From Syntrophorhabdaceae bacterium (GTDB lineage: Bacteria > Desulfobacterota > Syntrophorhabdia > Syntrophorhabdales > Syntrophorhabdaceae), in the NCBI GenBank assembly GCA_963665295.1, contig OY762209.1, positions 1,024,001 through 1,088,000 on the forward strand: DNA of 64,000 nucleotides. Reading direction: 5' to 3'. Positions 39,002 to 50,485 of the stretch are shown one piece after another. Below the pieces are notes generated by a model, which worked only from the letters and a program-made list of their open reading frames with translations, did not search any database and had not been told where the DNA came from. The position numbers and the translations under genes are program-made. The first letter of the stretch is position 1. Each line of letters opens with the position of its first letter.

Positions 39002-40275
39002 TTAAGCTCCTTTCTTGCCTTTATCGCCTCTCCGTGGGCAAAGAGACCTTCGATCCGGGACAGCCTTATGGCGCTGTCGCCGTATTGTTCGACAAATTCT
39101 TTCTCCACCTTCACCACTGCCTTTCTCCTCATGAAGGTGTCAACGGAAAGCCCTGCGGTGAACCTCCCCGCCCCGCTCGTGGGAAGGACGTGGTTCGTGC
39201 CTATGTAGTAATCCCCCATGGCCACCGGGGTATAAGGGCCTACATAGAGGATACCCGCGTAAAGGATCTTCCGCTCCAGGGTCTCGTCGCCTATGAGTTC
39301 CATATGTTCCGGGGCGATGGCGTTGACCAGGGTCACCGCCTTTTCCGTGTCCGGGCAGTATGCGAGAAAACCGTTGTCCTCAAGGGCCTTTTCCATGACA
39401 GCCCTTCTCGGGCTCCCTGCGGCCAGCTCCTCCATCTTCCTCCGGACAAGTTCCAGGTGCTCCCTGGAGGGCGAAAAAAGCCCTACCATGGCCATCTCGT
39501 CGTGCTCGGCCTGGGACAGGAGGTCCCATGCGAGGGCATTCGGGTCAAAGGGCTCTGTGCAAAGCACGACCAGTTCCGACGGTCCCGCGAGCATGTCTAT
39601 GCCCACCCTCCCGTACACATCCCGCTTTGCTTCCTCCACATAGGCGTTGCCCGGCCCGACTATCATATCCACCTTGGGAATGGAGCCGGTGCCGTAGGAA
39701 AAGGCATATATGGCCTGGGCCCCGCCGATCCTGTACACTCCCGTAACGCCGAGAAGTTCGCATGCGGCCAGTATGTAAGGGTTTATCACTCCATCCTTCG
39801 AAGGGGTGGCCACGAATATCTCGCTCACGCCGGCCAACTGGGCCGGCACGACCCCCATGGTCACCGACGAAGGGTACGGCGCGGTTCCGCCCGGCACGTA
39901 GACCATGGCCCTTTCCACGGGCACCCATTCGTCCTTCACCAGAAGGCCCTTGCTTTTGTAGGTCCTGCCCCGGGTCTTCTGGGTCCGGTGGTAGGCCCTC
40001 ACGTTCTTTATCATGCCTTTGAGTATTGCCGCGTCGGCCTTCGGTATCCCGGAAGCAGCTTCTTGTATCTCTTCGGCGGGGACTTTGAGCGGGTGGTCAT
40101 GCTGCCAGCCGTCCCACTTCCTTCCGAACTCCCGGAGTGCACCCTCCCCTTCGGCGAGGAGCGCCTGCTTTATGCCCTTGACCGCGGCGGTGATGCTTGT
40201 CTTTCTCTTCTCTCTGCCTTCCAGGATGAAGGGGACGAAGTAATCGAACTCTCTCTCAATGTCCCATATCTTCAT
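38998..40275 (-). CDS. hisD: Histidinol dehydrogenase
   Basis: [49 protein letters not shown]. Confidence 0.96.
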   Translation of the reverse strand: MKIWDIEREFDYFVPFILEGREKRKTSITAAVKGIKQALLAEGEGALREFGRKWDGWQHDHPLKVPAEEIQEAASGIPKADAAILKGMIKNVRAYHRTQKTRGRTYKSKGLLVKDEWVPVERAMVYVPGGTAPYPSSVTMGVVPAQLAGVSEIFVATPSKDGVINPYILAACELLGVTGVYRIGGAQAIYAFSYGTGSIPKVDMIVGPGNAYVEEAKRDVYGRVGIDMLAGPSELVVLCTEPFDPNALAWDLLSQAEHDEMAMVGLFSPSREHLELVRRKMEELAAGSPRRAVMEKALEDNGFLAYCPDTEKAVTLVNAIAPEHMELIGDETLERKILYAGILYVGPYTPVAMGDYYIGTNHVLPTSGAGRFTAGLSVDTFMRRKAVVKVEKEFVEQYGDSAIRLSRIEGLFAHGEAIKARKELK

Positions 40276-41530
40276 CTTTCCTCCTTGATATCCTGGCGCC
40301 GAGGCCCGACAGCTTCTCTTCTATGGATTCGTATCCACGGTCTATATGGTATATCCGCGATATCTCCGTGGAACCGTACGCCGCGAGACCCGCGATGATG
40401 AGGGATGCGCTCGCCCTTAGGTCCGTTGCCATTACCTTTGCCCCGGAAAGGGTCTTGCCGCCCTTCACTATGGCCGTATTGCCTATCACCCGGATATCTG
40501 CGCCCATGCGGCGCAGCTCGGCCACGTGCATCATCCTGTTCTCGAATATGGTCTCCGTTATGGCGCTCACACCCCGGGAAACGCTCATGAGGGCCATCAT
40601 CTGGGCCTGCATGTCCGTGGGGAACCCCGGGTAGGGAACGGTTTTGATGTCCACCGCCACGGGTCTCTTCTTGTTCATTGCCGCCTTGATGACCCCGTCC
40701 TCCTCGGCGATTTCCATGCCCGATTCCCTGAGCTTGTCAATGACCGACTTGATGTGGCCCGGGGCACAGCCCTCAACGGCAATGTTGCCCCTCGTCATGG
40801 CGCATGCCGCAAGGAAGGTGCCTGCCTCGATCCTGTCGGGAATTACATCATAATCACACGGTATAAGGGTATCCACGCCCCTTATCCTGATGACCTCTGT
40901 TCCCTCGCCGTCTATCCTTGCCCCCATCTTCTTGAGCATGCACGCGAGGTCCACAATCTCCGGCTCCCGCGCCGCGTTCTCGATAATGGTCTCGCCCTTC
41001 GCACGGACCGCGGCCATGAGGATGTTTTCCGTTCCGCCCACGGTGGTGGTCTCGAAGGTGATCCTCGCGCCCTTCATCCGGTCCGCCGTGACATCCACGT
41101 AACCTTCCCTTATGTTGACCTCGCATCCCAGGAGGGAAAGGCCTTTCAGGTGGAGATCGATGGGCCTCTCTCCTATGGCGCATCCGCCAGGATAGGAAAC
41201 CGTAGCCTTGCCGAGACCGCCCAAAAGGGACCCCAGGACGAGTACGGAAGCCCTCATCTCCTTCACCAGCTCATAAGGGGCCACGTGATTCTCCATACCT
41301 TTCGTGTCCACGTGGAGCCGGTGGCCGTCGAGCCATTCCGTTTTCGCGCCGAGAATGCCGATGAGCCTCATCATGGTCTCCACGTCCCTGAGGCGCGGTA
41401 CATTCCCTATGACATAGTCACCCTTTTGAAGGACCGTCGCCGCGAGGACAGGCAACACGGCGTTCTTCGATCCGCTGATCTTCACCGTGCCTTTGAGTCT
41501 CTCGCCGCCTTCTATTACGAATTTGTCCAT
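40256..41530 (-). CDS. murA: UDP-N-acetylglucosamine 1-carboxyvinyltransferase
   Basis: SGSKNAVLP, MRAS, PGGCAIGERPIDLH, PGFPTDMQ, TDLRA, HIDRGY; start re-assigned to MDKFVI. Confidence 0.97.
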   Translation of the reverse strand: MDKFVIEGGERLKGTVKISGSKNAVLPVLAATVLQKGDYVIGNVPRLRDVETMMRLIGILGAKTEWLDGHRLHVDTKGMENHVAPYELVKEMRASVLVLGSLLGGLGKATVSYPGGCAIGERPIDLHLKGLSLLGCEVNIREGYVDVTADRMKGARITFETTTVGGTENILMAAVRAKGETIIENAAREPEIVDLACMLKKMGARIDGEGTEVIRIRGVDTLIPCDYDVIPDRIEAGTFLAACAMTRGNIAVEGCAPGHIKSVIDKLRESGMEIAEEDGVIKAAMNKKRPVAVDIKTVPYPGFPTDMQAQMMALMSVSRGVSAITETIFENRMMHVAELRRMGADIRVIGNTAIVKGGKTLSGAKVMATDLRASASLIIAGLAAYGSTEISRIYHIDRGYESIEEKLSGLGARISRRKDEDMGH

Positions 41531-42345
41531 GAGCCTGTAATCACCCTTTCCTTGTGGGCAAGGTCCTTCTTTATCGTTGCCGAAAGCCCACACGATTTCA
41601 ATAGATCCACCATCTTTCCCGCCTGCCCCGGAGCGCCGATCTCCATCAAGGCAAACCCGTTCCTGTTCAGGCGATCCGGCAGGCACGACACGAACCTCCG
41701 GTAGACATCAAGCCCGTCGAGCCCTCCGAGGAGGGCAAGGGCCGGCTCGTAGCCCTTTACATCGATCATCACCTCGTCCCATTCATCCTCCGCCACATAG
41801 GGGAGGTTCGCAAGGATCATGTCGAACCTGCGCCCGGGCCCAATGGCCTCGAACAAATCGGAGCAGACGAAGGTCAGCCTCTCGGGGACCCCCGAGTTCA
41901 GCCCGTTTCGCCTTGCCGTGCGTAGCGCCTCCATGGAGACATCCACGCACATTACCTTTCTTGAGGATAGCCGGGCTATGGTGGCGCCGATGGCGCCCGA
42001 GCCCGTGCCCATATCGACCACGGTAACAAGGTCGGACCGCCTCTCAAGGATGGTGAGGGCTTCCTCCACAAGGAGCTCCGTCTCCGGCCTCGGGATGAGT
42101 ACACCCCGGTCGACCGCAAAGGAATGGGAGAAAAACTCCTTCTCGCCCGTGATATAGGCAAGGGGCTTCCCTGCCTTTCTTTCCTCGAAGAGTCTCAGGA
42201 CGTTCCACGCCTCCTCCTCCCCTATTTCCCGGTCAAGGTCCATGAGGACCTCTTCTTTTCTGAGGGAAAGGGCAAAGGAGAGGATGTTGAGGCTGTCCAA
42301 CCCCTGAATCTCACCGGCCTTCGCCATGATGTCCCGAATGCGCAA
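41515..42345 (-). CDS. prmC: Release factor glutamine methyltransferase
   Basis: PLAYITG, VLIPRPETE, DMGTGSGAI, NLPY; downstream of prfA. Confidence 0.93.
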   Translation of the reverse strand: MRIRDIMAKAGEIQGLDSLNILSFALSLRKEEVLMDLDREIGEEEAWNVLRLFEERKAGKPLAYITGEKEFFSHSFAVDRGVLIPRPETELLVEEALTILERRSDLVTVVDMGTGSGAIGATIARLSSRKVMCVDVSMEALRTARRNGLNSGVPERLTFVCSDLFEAIGPGRRFDMILANLPYVAEDEWDEVMIDVKGYEPALALLGGLDGLDVYRRFVSCLPDRLNRNGFALMEIGAPGQAGKMVDLLKSCGLSATIKKDLAHKERVITGSWTNS

Positions 42346-42352
42346 CGGCTTT

Positions 42353-43417
42353 TTACCCTTTTTTTATCGTTTCCGATCGGAAATGAGCGGTCAGTGGGGC
42401 GATGATGCTGTCCAGGTTTCCGTCTAAAACATCCTGGAGCTTGTAGAGTGTGAGGCCGATCCTGTGGTCCGTAACCCTTCCCTGGGGAAAGTTGTACGTT
42501 CTTATCCGTTCGCTTCTGTCTCCGGTGCCTACCTGCTTTCTCCGTTCTTCCGAGATTTCCTGCTCTTTCTCGCTTTCCATCTTCTCTTTCAGCCTTGCCC
42601 GGAGCACCCTGATGGCCTTCGCCTTGTTCTTGTGCTGGGACTTCTCGTCCTGACACGTGACCACGATGCCGGTGGGCAGGTGCGTTATCCTCACCGCCGA
42701 GTCGGTGGTATTCACGTGCTGGCCGCCGGGGCCGCTCGATCTGAAAACGTCGATTCTGAGTTCCTCGGGGCTTATGTCGAACTCCAGCTCCTCCGGCTCG
42801 GCGAGGACCGCCACCGTCACCGTGGACGTGTGTATCCGGCCCTGCGCTTCCGTGAGGGGGACCCTCTGAACCCTGTGGACCCCGCTCTCGTACTTGAGCA
42901 TATTGAAGGCATCCTTGTTTTCCATCACGAGGATAGCCTCCTTCAGTCCGCCCAGGTCGGAGGTGTTCGCCTCCATGAGCTCCGTCTTCCAGCGCATCTT
43001 TTCCGCGTACTTCAGGTACATGGTGAGAAGTTCCCGTCCGAAAAGGGCCGCCTCTTCGCCGCCTGTGCCTGCCCTGATCTCCAGGAAGGTACTCTTCGCC
43101 GACGTCTCGTGCTTCTTGAGGAGTCTTTCCGTGAGGCGGTCTTCAAAATCCTGCTGCTCTTTTTCAAGGCGCGCGGCTTCTTCCCGCGCCATCTCCTTGA
43201 ACTCCTCTTCCGTCTCCGAAAGGATCATCTCCGCGACGTTTTCCGCTTCTTCCTTGCGCTTCTTCCACTCTCTGTAGAGGTCTACGACCTCTTTGATCTC
43301 CGTGCGCTCCTTGGCGAGCTTTTTATAGACTTCCATGTTCGCCATCGTTTCGGGCCGCGCCATCTCATCTTCGATTTCCTGGTACCGCTTTTCCGTCTCT
43401 TCTAATCTTTCAAACAT
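42353..43417 (-). CDS. prfA: Peptide chain release factor 1
   Basis: [25 protein letters not shown] (PxT), [23 protein letters not shown]. Confidence 0.98.
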   Translation of the reverse strand: MFERLEETEKRYQEIEDEMARPETMANMEVYKKLAKERTEIKEVVDLYREWKKRKEEAENVAEMILSETEEEFKEMAREEAARLEKEQQDFEDRLTERLLKKHETSAKSTFLEIRAGTGGEEAALFGRELLTMYLKYAEKMRWKTELMEANTSDLGGLKEAILVMENKDAFNMLKYESGVHRVQRVPLTEAQGRIHTSTVTVAVLAEPEELEFDISPEELRIDVFRSSGPGGQHVNTTDSAVRITHLPTGIVVTCQDEKSQHKNKAKAIRVLRARLKEKMESEKEQEISEERRKQVGTGDRSERIRTYNFPQGRVTDHRIGLTLYKLQDVLDGNLDSIIAPLTAHFRSETIKKG

Positions 43418-43626
43418 TACGTTGTCGTCTTCTTGCCGTACCTTCTCTCGAATTTTTCAACCTGTCCGGCCGAGTCGATCCGTTTTTCCTTACCCGTGAA
43501 GATAGGGTGGCACTTCGCGCAGATTTCCACGGTGATCTTGTCTTTTACCGACAGGGTCTCAAAGGTGTGGCCGCATGCGCATTTGACTGTGGCGGTCTTC
43601 AGATCCGGGTGTATTCCTTTTTTCAT
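43417..43626 (-). CDS. rpmE: 50S ribosomal protein L31 (Zn-binding type)
   Basis: [21 protein letters not shown]; alternative start at 43632. Confidence 0.96.
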   Translation of the reverse strand: MKKGIHPDLKTATVKCACGHTFETLSVKDKITVEICAKCHPIFTGKEKRIDSAGQVEKFERRYGKKTTT

Positions 43627-43628
43627 TT

Positions 43629-44882
43629 TCATCCTCCTCTGCTCATTGAATATAAAAAATCTTTATTTGAATCGCTGTCAGCCAGTTTTTCAAGGAGAAA
43701 CTCCATTGACTCCACCTGATTCATGGGCTGCAGCACCTTTCTCAGGAGCCATATCCTCGACAGGTCGCCGTTTTCGAGGAGCAACTCCTCTTTTCTGGTG
43801 CCTGACTTGTTTATGTCGATGGCCGGGAAGACCCTCTTCTCGGCGAGTTTTCTGTCGAGATAGATTTCCATGTTTCCCGTGCCCTTGAATTCCTCGAATA
43901 TTACCTCGTCCATCCTGCTCCCCGTGTCGATCAGGGCCGTTGCCACGATGGTGAGGCTTCCTCCTTCTTCAATGTTCTTTGCCGCGCCGAAGAACCTTCT
44001 CGGTTTCTGCATGGCCGATGCGTCGATACCACCGGAGAGTATCTTTCCACTGGAAGGCACCACCGTGTTGTACGCCCTCGCGAGCCTCGTGATGCTGTCG
44101 AGGAGTATGACCACGTCCCTCTTGTGTTCCACGAGCCTCTTCGCCTTTTCGATCACGATCTCCGCTACCTGCACGTGTCTCGTGGCGGGCTCGTCGAAGG
44201 TGGAGCTTATGACTTCCCCGTTTACGGACCGGATCATGTCGGTCACTTCCTCGGGCCTTTCATCGATTAGAAGGACGATAAGGTGGACTTCCTTGTGGTT
44301 CTTCGTAATGCTGTTCGCGATATGCTGGAGGAGCATGGTCTTGCCTGTTCTCGGGGGGGCCACTATCAAGCCTCTCTGTCCCTTGCCGATGGGTGTGAAA
44401 AGATCCATGACCCTGGTGGACATATTGTCCGGCTTGGTTTCCAGTTGCAGTCTCTCGTTGGGATATATGGGGGTAAGGTTATCAAAGATGATCTTGTCTT
44501 TGGCGACGCTCGGGTCGTCAAAGTTGATCGTCTCCACCTTGAGAAGAGCGAAATACTTCTCGTTGTCCTTGGGCGGTCTTATCTGCCCCGAGGTGGTATC
44601 CCCCGTCCTCAGGCCGAATCTCTTTATCTGCGACGGCGATATGTATATGTCGTCCGGGCCGGGCAGGTAGTTGGAATCGGTGGACCTTAAAAATCCGAAT
44701 CCTTCTGAGAGGACTTCGAGCACCCCTTCCCCGTACACCGATTCGTTTTTGTCCACAAAAGCCTGGAGTATTGCGAATATCAGCTCCTGTTTCCTCAAAC
44801 CGGCGGCGTTCTCTATATTCATCTCCTTCGCCATGTGGGTCAGTTCCCCGATTTTCTTCCTCTTCAGTTCATTAAGGTGCAT
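43629..44882 (-). CDS. rho: Transcription termination factor Rho
   Basis: [54 protein letters not shown]; start at MHLNEL. Confidence 0.98.
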   Translation of the reverse strand: MHLNELKRKKIGELTHMAKEMNIENAAGLRKQELIFAILQAFVDKNESVYGEGVLEVLSEGFGFLRSTDSNYLPGPDDIYISPSQIKRFGLRTGDTTSGQIRPPKDNEKYFALLKVETINFDDPSVAKDKIIFDNLTPIYPNERLQLETKPDNMSTRVMDLFTPIGKGQRGLIVAPPRTGKTMLLQHIANSITKNHKEVHLIVLLIDERPEEVTDMIRSVNGEVISSTFDEPATRHVQVAEIVIEKAKRLVEHKRDVVILLDSITRLARAYNTVVPSSGKILSGGIDASAMQKPRRFFGAAKNIEEGGSLTIVATALIDTGSRMDEVIFEEFKGTGNMEIYLDRKLAEKRVFPAIDINKSGTRKEELLLENGDLSRIWLLRKVLQPMNQVESMEFLLEKLADSDSNKDFLYSMSRGG

Positions 44883-45484
44883 GTATCCTCTCCCTCCCAT
44901 ATTTTTATCTTTTCCAAGAGGATTTCTATCTCTTTTCTAAGATCTTCCTCCGTCCCGCTATTGTTGACGATGTAATCCGCCATTCTCTCTTTCTCTTCGA
45001 GCGGCATTTGGTGTGAGATACGTCGCTCCATGTCTTCCCTGACCATACCCCTCAAAACCAGCCTCTCTTTTATTATGTTTATATCCGCCGATACGACGAC
45101 CGTCTTGTCAAGCTCCTTGTTGAGCCCCTTTTCAAAGATGAGCGGCCCGTCGATAATCACGGCTTTTGCCCCTTTTTTTCTCTCATTCCCTATCTCATTC
45201 GCCATCCTTGCGAGCAGCCGGGGATGGACGATCCCTTCAAGGGTCTTCAGGTGGTCCCTGTTCTTGAAAACCAGGTCACGCATCCTTTCCACGTCAACCG
45301 TCCCGTCGTCTCTGACAGATTCCTTTCCAAAGGCCCTCTTCATGTCTTCTTTCACCTCGGGACTGTCGGAGACTTCCTTCGCAAGGTTGTCGAGGTCGAT
45401 TACGGTGAATCCTGCCTGCCTGAGCATGGCGGAGACGGTGCTCTTACCGCTCCCTATGATGCCTGTTATCCCTATGGTGATCAT
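44864..45484 (-). CDS. coaE: Dephospho-CoA kinase
   Basis: [39 protein letters not shown]. Confidence 0.94.
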   Translation of the reverse strand: MITIGITGIIGSGKSTVSAMLRQAGFTVIDLDNLAKEVSDSPEVKEDMKRAFGKESVRDDGTVDVERMRDLVFKNRDHLKTLEGIVHPRLLARMANEIGNERKKGAKAVIIDGPLIFEKGLNKELDKTVVVSADINIIKERLVLRGMVREDMERRISHQMPLEEKERMADYIVNNSGTEEDLRKEIEILLEKIKIWEGEDTCTLMN

Positions 45485-47844
45485 ATATCAAGATTTCTCA
45501 CGTTCAGGGCATTGTCTTCAATGAAGAGTCTTCGCGTCTCTATGTTGTTCCCCATGAGGACCGTAAATACCTGGTCCGCCTCTACGGCATCCTCGATGGA
45601 GACCTTAAGAAGGGTCCTTCTTTCCGGATCCATGGTGGTCATCCAAAGTTGCTCGGGGTTCATTTCTCCAAGACCTTTATACCTCTGAATACTCACTCCC
45701 TCTTTCCCTACCCCGTTTATAAAACCGAGCAGCCCTTCCGCTCCTTCAAACGCCGTTTCGTTGTTTCCGTTTGCCACCCGCACCTGCCCCTCATAAAAGG
45801 AGCGGACCTGGGCATATGTCTTATAGGCGGCTGTGTAATCTCCCTCGGAACACATTTCAAAATCTATCTGGGCCGTGTTGTGCACCTTCTTCGACGGGTC
45901 CCTCACAAGCATAGAGTAAAGGTTGTGTTCCCTGTCGAGAGATAATTCCGTTTCAAAGCCCTCTCCTTCGAGGTATGCTTTCAGCTGGGTCAGTTTCTCG
46001 GGACCCTCGAAATCCTCTCTCCGGAAAATGCCCTCTTTGAAAAGCCGGAGGGTTGCCTTCCTGTCCAGTCCCGAAGCGCTCATCTCCCTCATAAACCGCT
46101 CGACGTTCCGTATCTTCTCTACGGCGGTTACGAGGTTTTCACTTTCCACCTTCACATCATCCAGGTAACACTGCACCTTCTCCATACCCCTGCTCATGAT
46201 GTGACGCTCGAAATCGTCCTCGTCTTTCGCGTAGATTTCCTTGGAGCCGTGCTTTATCTTATAGAGCGGTGGCTGTGCAATGTATACGTACCCGTTCATC
46301 AGCAGGTCGGGCATCTTTCTGTAAAACAGCGTGAGGAGAAGGGTCCTTATATGAGACCCGTCCACGTCGGCATCAGTCATTATGATTACCTTGTGGTACC
46401 TGAGCTTTTCTATGTTTTCCGTATTTATGCCGAGAGCGAGATATATGGCCTTTATTTCCAGATTTGAAAGCACTTTCTCCTGCCGGGACTTCTCCACGTT
46501 CAGAATCTTGCCCCTAAGCGGCAGAATGGCCTGGGTCTTCCGGTCCCTCCCCTGTTTCGCGGAACCTCCTGCCGAATCTCCCTCCACAATGTAAATTTCA
46601 CACATTTCAGGGTCGTTGGACTGGCAGTCGGCGAGCTTGCCGGGCAATATGCCGCTTTCAAGAAGGCTCTTGGTCTTTACCAGCTCCTTTGCCTTCTTTG
46701 CCGCTTCCCGGGCTCTTTTGGCCTCCATGGCCTTGTTGATGATCGCCTTGGCCACACTCTCGTGGAGCTCTAAATATTCCGTGAAGCTCTCATTCAACAC
46801 CGACTCGACGAGGCCCTTGATCTCGCTGTTTCCGAGTTTCGACTTGGTCTGGCCTTCAAACTGGGGATTGGCTATCTTGATGCTTATAACCGTGACCATT
46901 CCCTCTTTTATGTCGTCGCCCGATACATTCTCTTTGGACTTTATACCCGGGTTTGTCTGGATAAAATTGTTGATGCTCCTCGTAAAGGCGCTCCTGAAAC
47001 CCGCCACGTGAGTGCCGCCTTCCTGAGTGTTTACGTTGTTCACAAAACTGTAGACGCTCTCGTTGTACCCGTCGTTGTATTGGACCGCCACTTCGATGAA
47101 GTCGAGGGGCTGTCTCTCCGTAACCACATGAATCGGTTCGTCAAAGATAGGGGTCTTGTTCTGATTCAGAAACCTGACAAAGGCCTTCAACCCGCCCTCG
47201 TGTCTGAATTCCTGTCTCTTGCCCTTCCTCTCGTCGATGACGATGATGTGAATGCCGTTATTGAGGAAGGATATTTCCCGCATCCTCTGGGCAATAATGT
47301 CAAAGCTTATTTCCGTGGTTTCAAAAAGGTTCTCGTCGGGCTTGAACTTGACCTTCGTGCCCGTCTTCTCCGTATCACCGATGACCTTGAGTTCCGTCAT
47401 CTTGTTGCCGCCCTCGTACCTCTGGAAATGGACTTTTCCATCCCTGCGCACTTCCACTTCGAGATACTCGGAAAGGGCATTCACCACGGAAAGACCCACG
47501 CCGTGCAGACCCGCCGAATAACGGTAAGTGTCCTTGTCGAATTTTCCACCTGCGTGGAGTTTCGTAAGCACGACTTCCAAGGCAGGCATATTTTCTTCGA
47601 CGTGCATGGCCACAGGGATCCCTCTTCCGTTATCTTCGCAGGTAACGCTGTTGTCCCGGTGGATGGTGATCTGGATCTTGTTACAGAATCCTTCGAGGGC
47701 CTCGTCCACGCTGTTGTCCACAAGCTCGTATACGAGGTGGTGAAGACCGCCTACACCTGTGTTCCCGATATACATGGAGGGCACTTTCCTGACCGCGTCA
47801 AGGCCGCCCAATATTTTTATACTCTCTGCTCCGTACTCTCTCAT
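45481..47844 (-). CDS. gyrB: DNA gyrase subunit B
   Basis: ELVDNSVDE, DNGRGIP, LHAGGKF, EGDSAGG, PLRGKILN, MTDADVDGSHI, QRYKGLGEMNPEQLW; carries the long C-terminal insertion. Confidence 0.98.
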   Translation of the reverse strand: MREYGAESIKILGGLDAVRKVPSMYIGNTGVGGLHHLVYELVDNSVDEALEGFCNKIQITIHRDNSVTCEDNGRGIPVAMHVEENMPALEVVLTKLHAGGKFDKDTYRYSAGLHGVGLSVVNALSEYLEVEVRRDGKVHFQRYEGGNKMTELKVIGDTEKTGTKVKFKPDENLFETTEISFDIIAQRMREISFLNNGIHIIVIDERKGKRQEFRHEGGLKAFVRFLNQNKTPIFDEPIHVVTERQPLDFIEVAVQYNDGYNESVYSFVNNVNTQEGGTHVAGFRSAFTRSINNFIQTNPGIKSKENVSGDDIKEGMVTVISIKIANPQFEGQTKSKLGNSEIKGLVESVLNESFTEYLELHESVAKAIINKAMEAKRAREAAKKAKELVKTKSLLESGILPGKLADCQSNDPEMCEIYIVEGDSAGGSAKQGRDRKTQAILPLRGKILNVEKSRQEKVLSNLEIKAIYLALGINTENIEKLRYHKVIIMTDADVDGSHIRTLLLTLFYRKMPDLLMNGYVYIAQPPLYKIKHGSKEIYAKDEDDFERHIMSRGMEKVQCYLDDVKVESENLVTAVEKIRNVERFMREMSASGLDRKATLRLFKEGIFRREDFEGPEKLTQLKAYLEGEGFETELSLDREHNLYSMLVRDPSKKVHNTAQIDFEMCSEGDYTAAYKTYAQVRSFYEGQVRVANGNNETAFEGAEGLLGFINGVGKEGVSIQRYKGLGEMNPEQLWMTTMDPERRTLLKVSIEDAVEADQVFTVLMGNNIETRRLFIEDNALNVRNLDI

Positions 47845-47860
47845 TTTTAATCCCTTTAGA

Positions 47861-48949
47861 TTAAACCCTGATCGGCATCACGATATTCTTATAATACTCG
47901 GGGCTGTTCTCCTCTTCAAAAAGGACGGCTCCATACGTGGGGGGTATCTTTACCACGATACGTTCCCCTTCGATATGGGATACGATATCGAGCATAAATT
48001 TCACGTTGAAATTCATACTCATTACCTCACCCTCGTAGCCGATCTCTATGGTTTCTTTTGCGTGTCCTATATCGGACTCGGATTCTATTTCCATTGTGCC
48101 CGGTGCAAGGTTGATCTTCACGGGCTCCGACCTTCCCATAATAGCGGAAACGCGGCGGAGTCCCCTCAGGAAATGCTCTTTTTCGATGGTGGCCACATTG
48201 TCGCTCTGCTGGGGGATCACGTTGTCATAATCGGGAAAGTTGCCCTCTATGATCCTCGACACCACCGTCGCCTTCTCCGTACTGAATTGTATGTGTTTTT
48301 CATCTATACTCAGCTTTACCTTATCCTCGTCACCTATGATCCGCTCTATCTCGGATACGGACCGTTTGGGAATGGTTATCCCCTTGAAGCCCTTGATGTT
48401 CTCTATCTCCTTCTGGTAGAGGGCCATTCTGAAACCGTCCGTCCCTACCACCACGACCTTCCCCTCGGTCCCCTTCATGTGCATGCCTGTCAGCACATAA
48501 CGCGTCTCGTCATTGGAGATGGCGAAGCTTACCTTGTCCGTGATCTCCTGGAGGAGCCTGCCGCTCACGAAAAATTCCTCATACCCCTCGATCTCCTTTA
48601 CCTCGGGAAACTCTTCGGGGTCCTGCAGGCTGAGCACGATTTCCGTCTGCTTCTGCCTGATGGTGAGAGTATTGTCTTTCACTTCAAGACCGATCTCCCC
48701 GTTATCCATCTCCTTCAATATCTCCAGGAACTTCCTTCCGTGGACGACTATCCTTCTCTCTTCCTCTGTCTTGTAATCAATATGGCTTATGGCGCTTAAC
48801 TCGAGGTCTGTGGAATAGATGGTTGTCCCTTCCCTTCCAAACGCTATGAGGACGTTCGAGAGTATGGGCATGAGCGATCTCTTTTCTGTAATGCCTACCA
48901 ATTTTGATATAGGCCCTGAAATAAGATTTTTATCTATGTTTATATTCAT
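47861..48949 (-). CDS. dnaN: DNA polymerase III beta sliding clamp
   Basis: PILSNVL, STDLE, ETRYVLTG, TDGFRMA, GNFPDY, IVMPIRV. Confidence 0.97.
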   Translation of the reverse strand: MNINIDKNLISGPISKLVGITEKRSLMPILSNVLIAFGREGTTIYSTDLELSAISHIDYKTEEERRIVVHGRKFLEILKEMDNGEIGLEVKDNTLTIRQKQTEIVLSLQDPEEFPEVKEIEGYEEFFVSGRLLQEITDKVSFAISNDETRYVLTGMHMKGTEGKVVVVGTDGFRMALYQKEIENIKGFKGITIPKRSVSEIERIIGDEDKVKLSIDEKHIQFSTEKATVVSRIIEGNFPDYDNVIPQQSDNVATIEKEHFLRGLRRVSAIMGRSEPVKINLAPGTMEIESESDIGHAKETIEIGYEGEVMSMNFNVKFMLDIVSHIEGERIVVKIPPTYGAVLFEEENSPEYYKNIVMPIRV

Positions 48950-48957
48950 AAATACCT

Positions 48958-48994
48958 CTCGTCATCATAATAAGTGATGTTAACTTGTTGAAAA
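48958..48994 (-). promoter_or_regulatory. oriC unwinding element: tandem degenerate DnaA boxes plus DnaA-trios upstream of dnaN
   Basis: Minus strand TTTTCAACA AGTTAACA TCACT TAT TAT GAT GAC GAG; same layout as the box-box-spacer-NAN-trio module of B. subtilis oriC. Confidence 0.6.
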
Positions 48995-49068
48995 GCCTCC
49001 ATATGCCTTTATATCTGAGGGGATCCACGAAGAACAATGGTCCGGCGGAATGTGGAAGAGATGTGTGC

Positions 49069-50385
49069 TCATGTCAGCTTGATCCTTGATTCCAGGTTAT
49101 CAACAGTGTTTTTCAACTCTTTCTTAATTTTTTGCTCTGCCTCTATTTTTCTTATGGAATGGAGGACAGTTGCGTGATCCTTCCCGCCAAACTTTTCACC
49201 AATGCTTACCAGGGAAGCGTCCGTCAGCTTTCTCGAAAGGTACATGGCGATCTGACGGGGAACCATGAGGGATCTGATCCGCCTCTCGGACTTCAGATCG
49301 GATATCTTAATGGAAAAGTAAGACGCCACCTGTTCTATGACAAGGTCGATGGTGATTTCCTTCTTCTTCTCCTTTATGAGGTGGCCCATTATTTCCTTGG
49401 CGAGGTCGATGGTAATGGGGGTCCCCTTCAGGGAGGAGAAGGCGACGATTCGCGTGAGAGAGCCTTCGAGGGATCTCACGTTGTCGTCCACATTGGAGGC
49501 GATAAAAAAGGCCACATCAAGGGGCAGGTCCACGTCTTCATACTCTGCCTTTTTGTTGAGTATGGCCACCTTTGTCTCGAGGTCAAGGGATTGGATATCC
49601 GCGATGAGGCCCCATTCGAACCGGGAACGGAGTCTCTCCTCGAAATTCTCGATGTCCCTCGGGAACTTGTCGCTCGTTACCACGATCTGCTTCATATTGT
49701 CATAGAGGGCATTGAAGGTGTGGAAAAACTCCGCCTGAGTCCTTTCCTTCCCTGCAATGAACTGTATATCGTCAATTAAAAGTATATCCATTCTCCTGAA
49801 GCGGTTTCTGAAATCCTCCATCTTTTCATAGCGAAGGGAATTAATCAGCTCGTTGGTGAAAACCTCCGCGGTAATATAGCAAATGCGCTCCGGACCCGTG
49901 TTGCTGTGGGTGAGGAGGAAATTGCCGATTGCGTTCAGGAGGTGCGTCTTACCCAGACCCACGCCGCCGTATATGAAGAGCGGGTTGTAAGTCTTGCCCG
50001 GATTGGTCGCCACGGCCAGACACGCCGCATTGGCAAACTGATTGCTCGCCCCCACGACAAAATTCTCGAAGGTATACCGGGGATTGAAGATGTTATATTT
50101 CGGGGGCTTCTTTATGACCACGCCCCGGGTGCCTTCCTGCTTCTCGTCCTTCTTCAGCACATATTCTATCTTTGTGTCCGTTTTGGTAAGGTCCTTGATG
50201 AGGCTTACCATGATGGGCTCGAAGTTTTCCACGATCCAATCCCGGAAGAAGGTGTTCGGGACCGCGATATAACATTTATCGTCCCTGTAATCCGAAAATT
50301 GTATGGGCTCAATCCACGTTTTATAGCTATCTTCGCTGATTATGCTCGCAATCTTAGGTTTTATCTGGGAGATAATATCATCCAT
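49069..50385 (-). CDS. dnaA: Chromosomal replication initiator DnaA
   Basis: YTFENFVVGASN, YNPLFIYGGVGLGKTHL, LLIDDIQF, RLRSRFEWGL, GGKDHATVLH. Confidence 0.99.
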   Translation of the reverse strand: MDDIISQIKPKIASIISEDSYKTWIEPIQFSDYRDDKCYIAVPNTFFRDWIVENFEPIMVSLIKDLTKTDTKIEYVLKKDEKQEGTRGVVIKKPPKYNIFNPRYTFENFVVGASNQFANAACLAVATNPGKTYNPLFIYGGVGLGKTHLLNAIGNFLLTHSNTGPERICYITAEVFTNELINSLRYEKMEDFRNRFRRMDILLIDDIQFIAGKERTQAEFFHTFNALYDNMKQIVVTSDKFPRDIENFEERLRSRFEWGLIADIQSLDLETKVAILNKKAEYEDVDLPLDVAFFIASNVDDNVRSLEGSLTRIVAFSSLKGTPITIDLAKEIMGHLIKEKKKEITIDLVIEQVASYFSIKISDLKSERRIRSLMVPRQIAMYLSRKLTDASLVSIGEKFGGKDHATVLHSIRKIEAEQKIKKELKNTVDNLESRIKLT

Positions 50386-50397
50386 TAGTGTACATCT

Positions 50398-50428
50398 TTT
50401 TCAACATATTTTCAACATATGTGGATAA
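50398..50428. promoter_or_regulatory. DnaA boxes upstream of dnaA
   Basis: Perfect TGTGGATAA at 50420-50428; TTTTCAACA at 50398-50406 and 50409-50417. Confidence 0.8.
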
Positions 50429-50456
50429 CTTAAAGGTTTCCGAATGGCTAAACTGA

Positions 50457-50485
50457 ATACTAATATAATCGGGAAAAATTTTCAA
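50457..50485 (-). promoter_or_regulatory. Sigma70 promoter of dnaA
   Basis: TTGAAA-17 nt-TAGTAT on the minus strand, with the DnaA boxes downstream (autoregulation geometry). Confidence 0.55.
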
